DNA of 53,860 bases from Candidatus Sumerlaeota bacterium. Lineage in GTDB: Bacteria; Sumerlaeota; Sumerlaeia; JADFCW01. The position numbers and the translations under genes were made by a program. Below are positions 53,653 to 53,860 of the stretch, in pieces. The stretch covers positions 1-53,860 of the forward strand of contig JADFCW010000004.1 of NCBI GenBank assembly GCA_017161705.1, read 5' to 3'. The notes under the pieces were generated by a model. The model was not told the DNA's origin and did not search any database. It was given only the letters and a program-made list of their open reading frames with translations. Each line of letters opens with the position of its first letter. Position 1 is the first letter of the stretch.

Positions 53653-53860
53653 GACGTTCAAGCACTAGACCTGCCAGTACAGCAAAGCGGCAGCATGGCT
53701 GCCGCAGTCCAAAGATAAAGATGGCCTTTTCTCCATTTTATGGGACGCTTCAAGCGCTAAACCTGGGAGTACAGCAAAGCGGCAGCATGGCTGCCGCAGT
53801 CCAAAGATAAAGATGGCCTTTTCTCCATTTTATGGGACGCTTCAAGCGCTAGACCTGGGA
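53653..53860. repeat. 92-bp tandem repeat, at least 2.25 units, truncated by the window end. Each unit embeds one perfect palindromic element.
   Basis: Units start at about 53653, 53744 and 53836. The 68 nt from ACAGCAAAGCGGCAGCATGGCTGCCGCAGTCCAAAGATAAAGATGGCCTTTTCTCCATTTTATGGGACG are identical between units. Variation is confined to about 20 nt (TTCAAGCACTAGACCTGCCAGT versus CTTCAAGCGCTAAACCTGGGAGT). Confidence 0.9.

Noticed and set aside
53653-53860. Possible CRISPR array at the right edge
   Set aside because: The period is 92 bp and about 74 percent of each unit is identical. The variable part is only about 20 nt and is itself related between units. There is no spacer-like unique sequence and no cas genes in the window. 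It is a tandem repeat, not a CRISPR.

Overview
High-GC, gene-dense chromosomal segment from a bacterium that looks uncultivated. I found no rRNA, tRNA, transposase, integrase or CRISPR. Most genes carry strong AAGGAG-type Shine-Dalgarno sites. Positions 1-15.1 kb, all on the minus strand, form a dissimilatory sulfur supercluster: a helical protein of unknown function, sat, aprBA, two small Cys-rich genes, qmoABC, a SulP/STAS permease with a ~140-aa insertion, an unusual cytidylate-kinase-like::REC protein, and a Cache-type sensor that runs off the left edge. No dsr genes are in the window. Housekeeping genes follow: trxA, nrdR-cimA, aspS, rplU-rpmA. After these come two tandem paralogous orphan secretins, a P-loop kinase::dCMP deaminase fusion, ftsX-like/envC-like genes without ftsE, smc, a LysM lipoprotein and recX. 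An envelope-glycan style block comes next: a REC - radical SAM/SPASM - GT2 - wecB operon, with a divergent large GH57-like protein, thpR and a Wzx-like flippase. trpB and trpA are split by a 1.7-kb insert holding a PD-(D/E)xK HsdR_N/DUF5655-like gene and a palindromic repeat array. The rest is accD, an orphan MalK-like ATPase, a REC-histidine kinase, tsaD with two in-frame low-complexity insertions, a UbiA-family prenyltransferase, a small Zn-ribbon ORF, a KduD-like SDR, dapB, and a 92-bp tandem repeat that runs off the right edge. The best candidates for something new are: (1) the two Cys-rich proteins between aprA and qmoA, the second overlapping the qmoA start; (2) the orphan secretin pair sharing a C-terminal GFDQWL tail; (3) the REC-rSAM/SPASM-GT2-WecB operon with its divergent GH57-like giant; (4) the nuclease-plus-repeat cassette splitting trpBA; (5) a ~31-bp palindromic repeat family that seeds three kinds of tandem array. 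All functional calls rest on motif recognition by eye and need HMM or BLAST confirmation.
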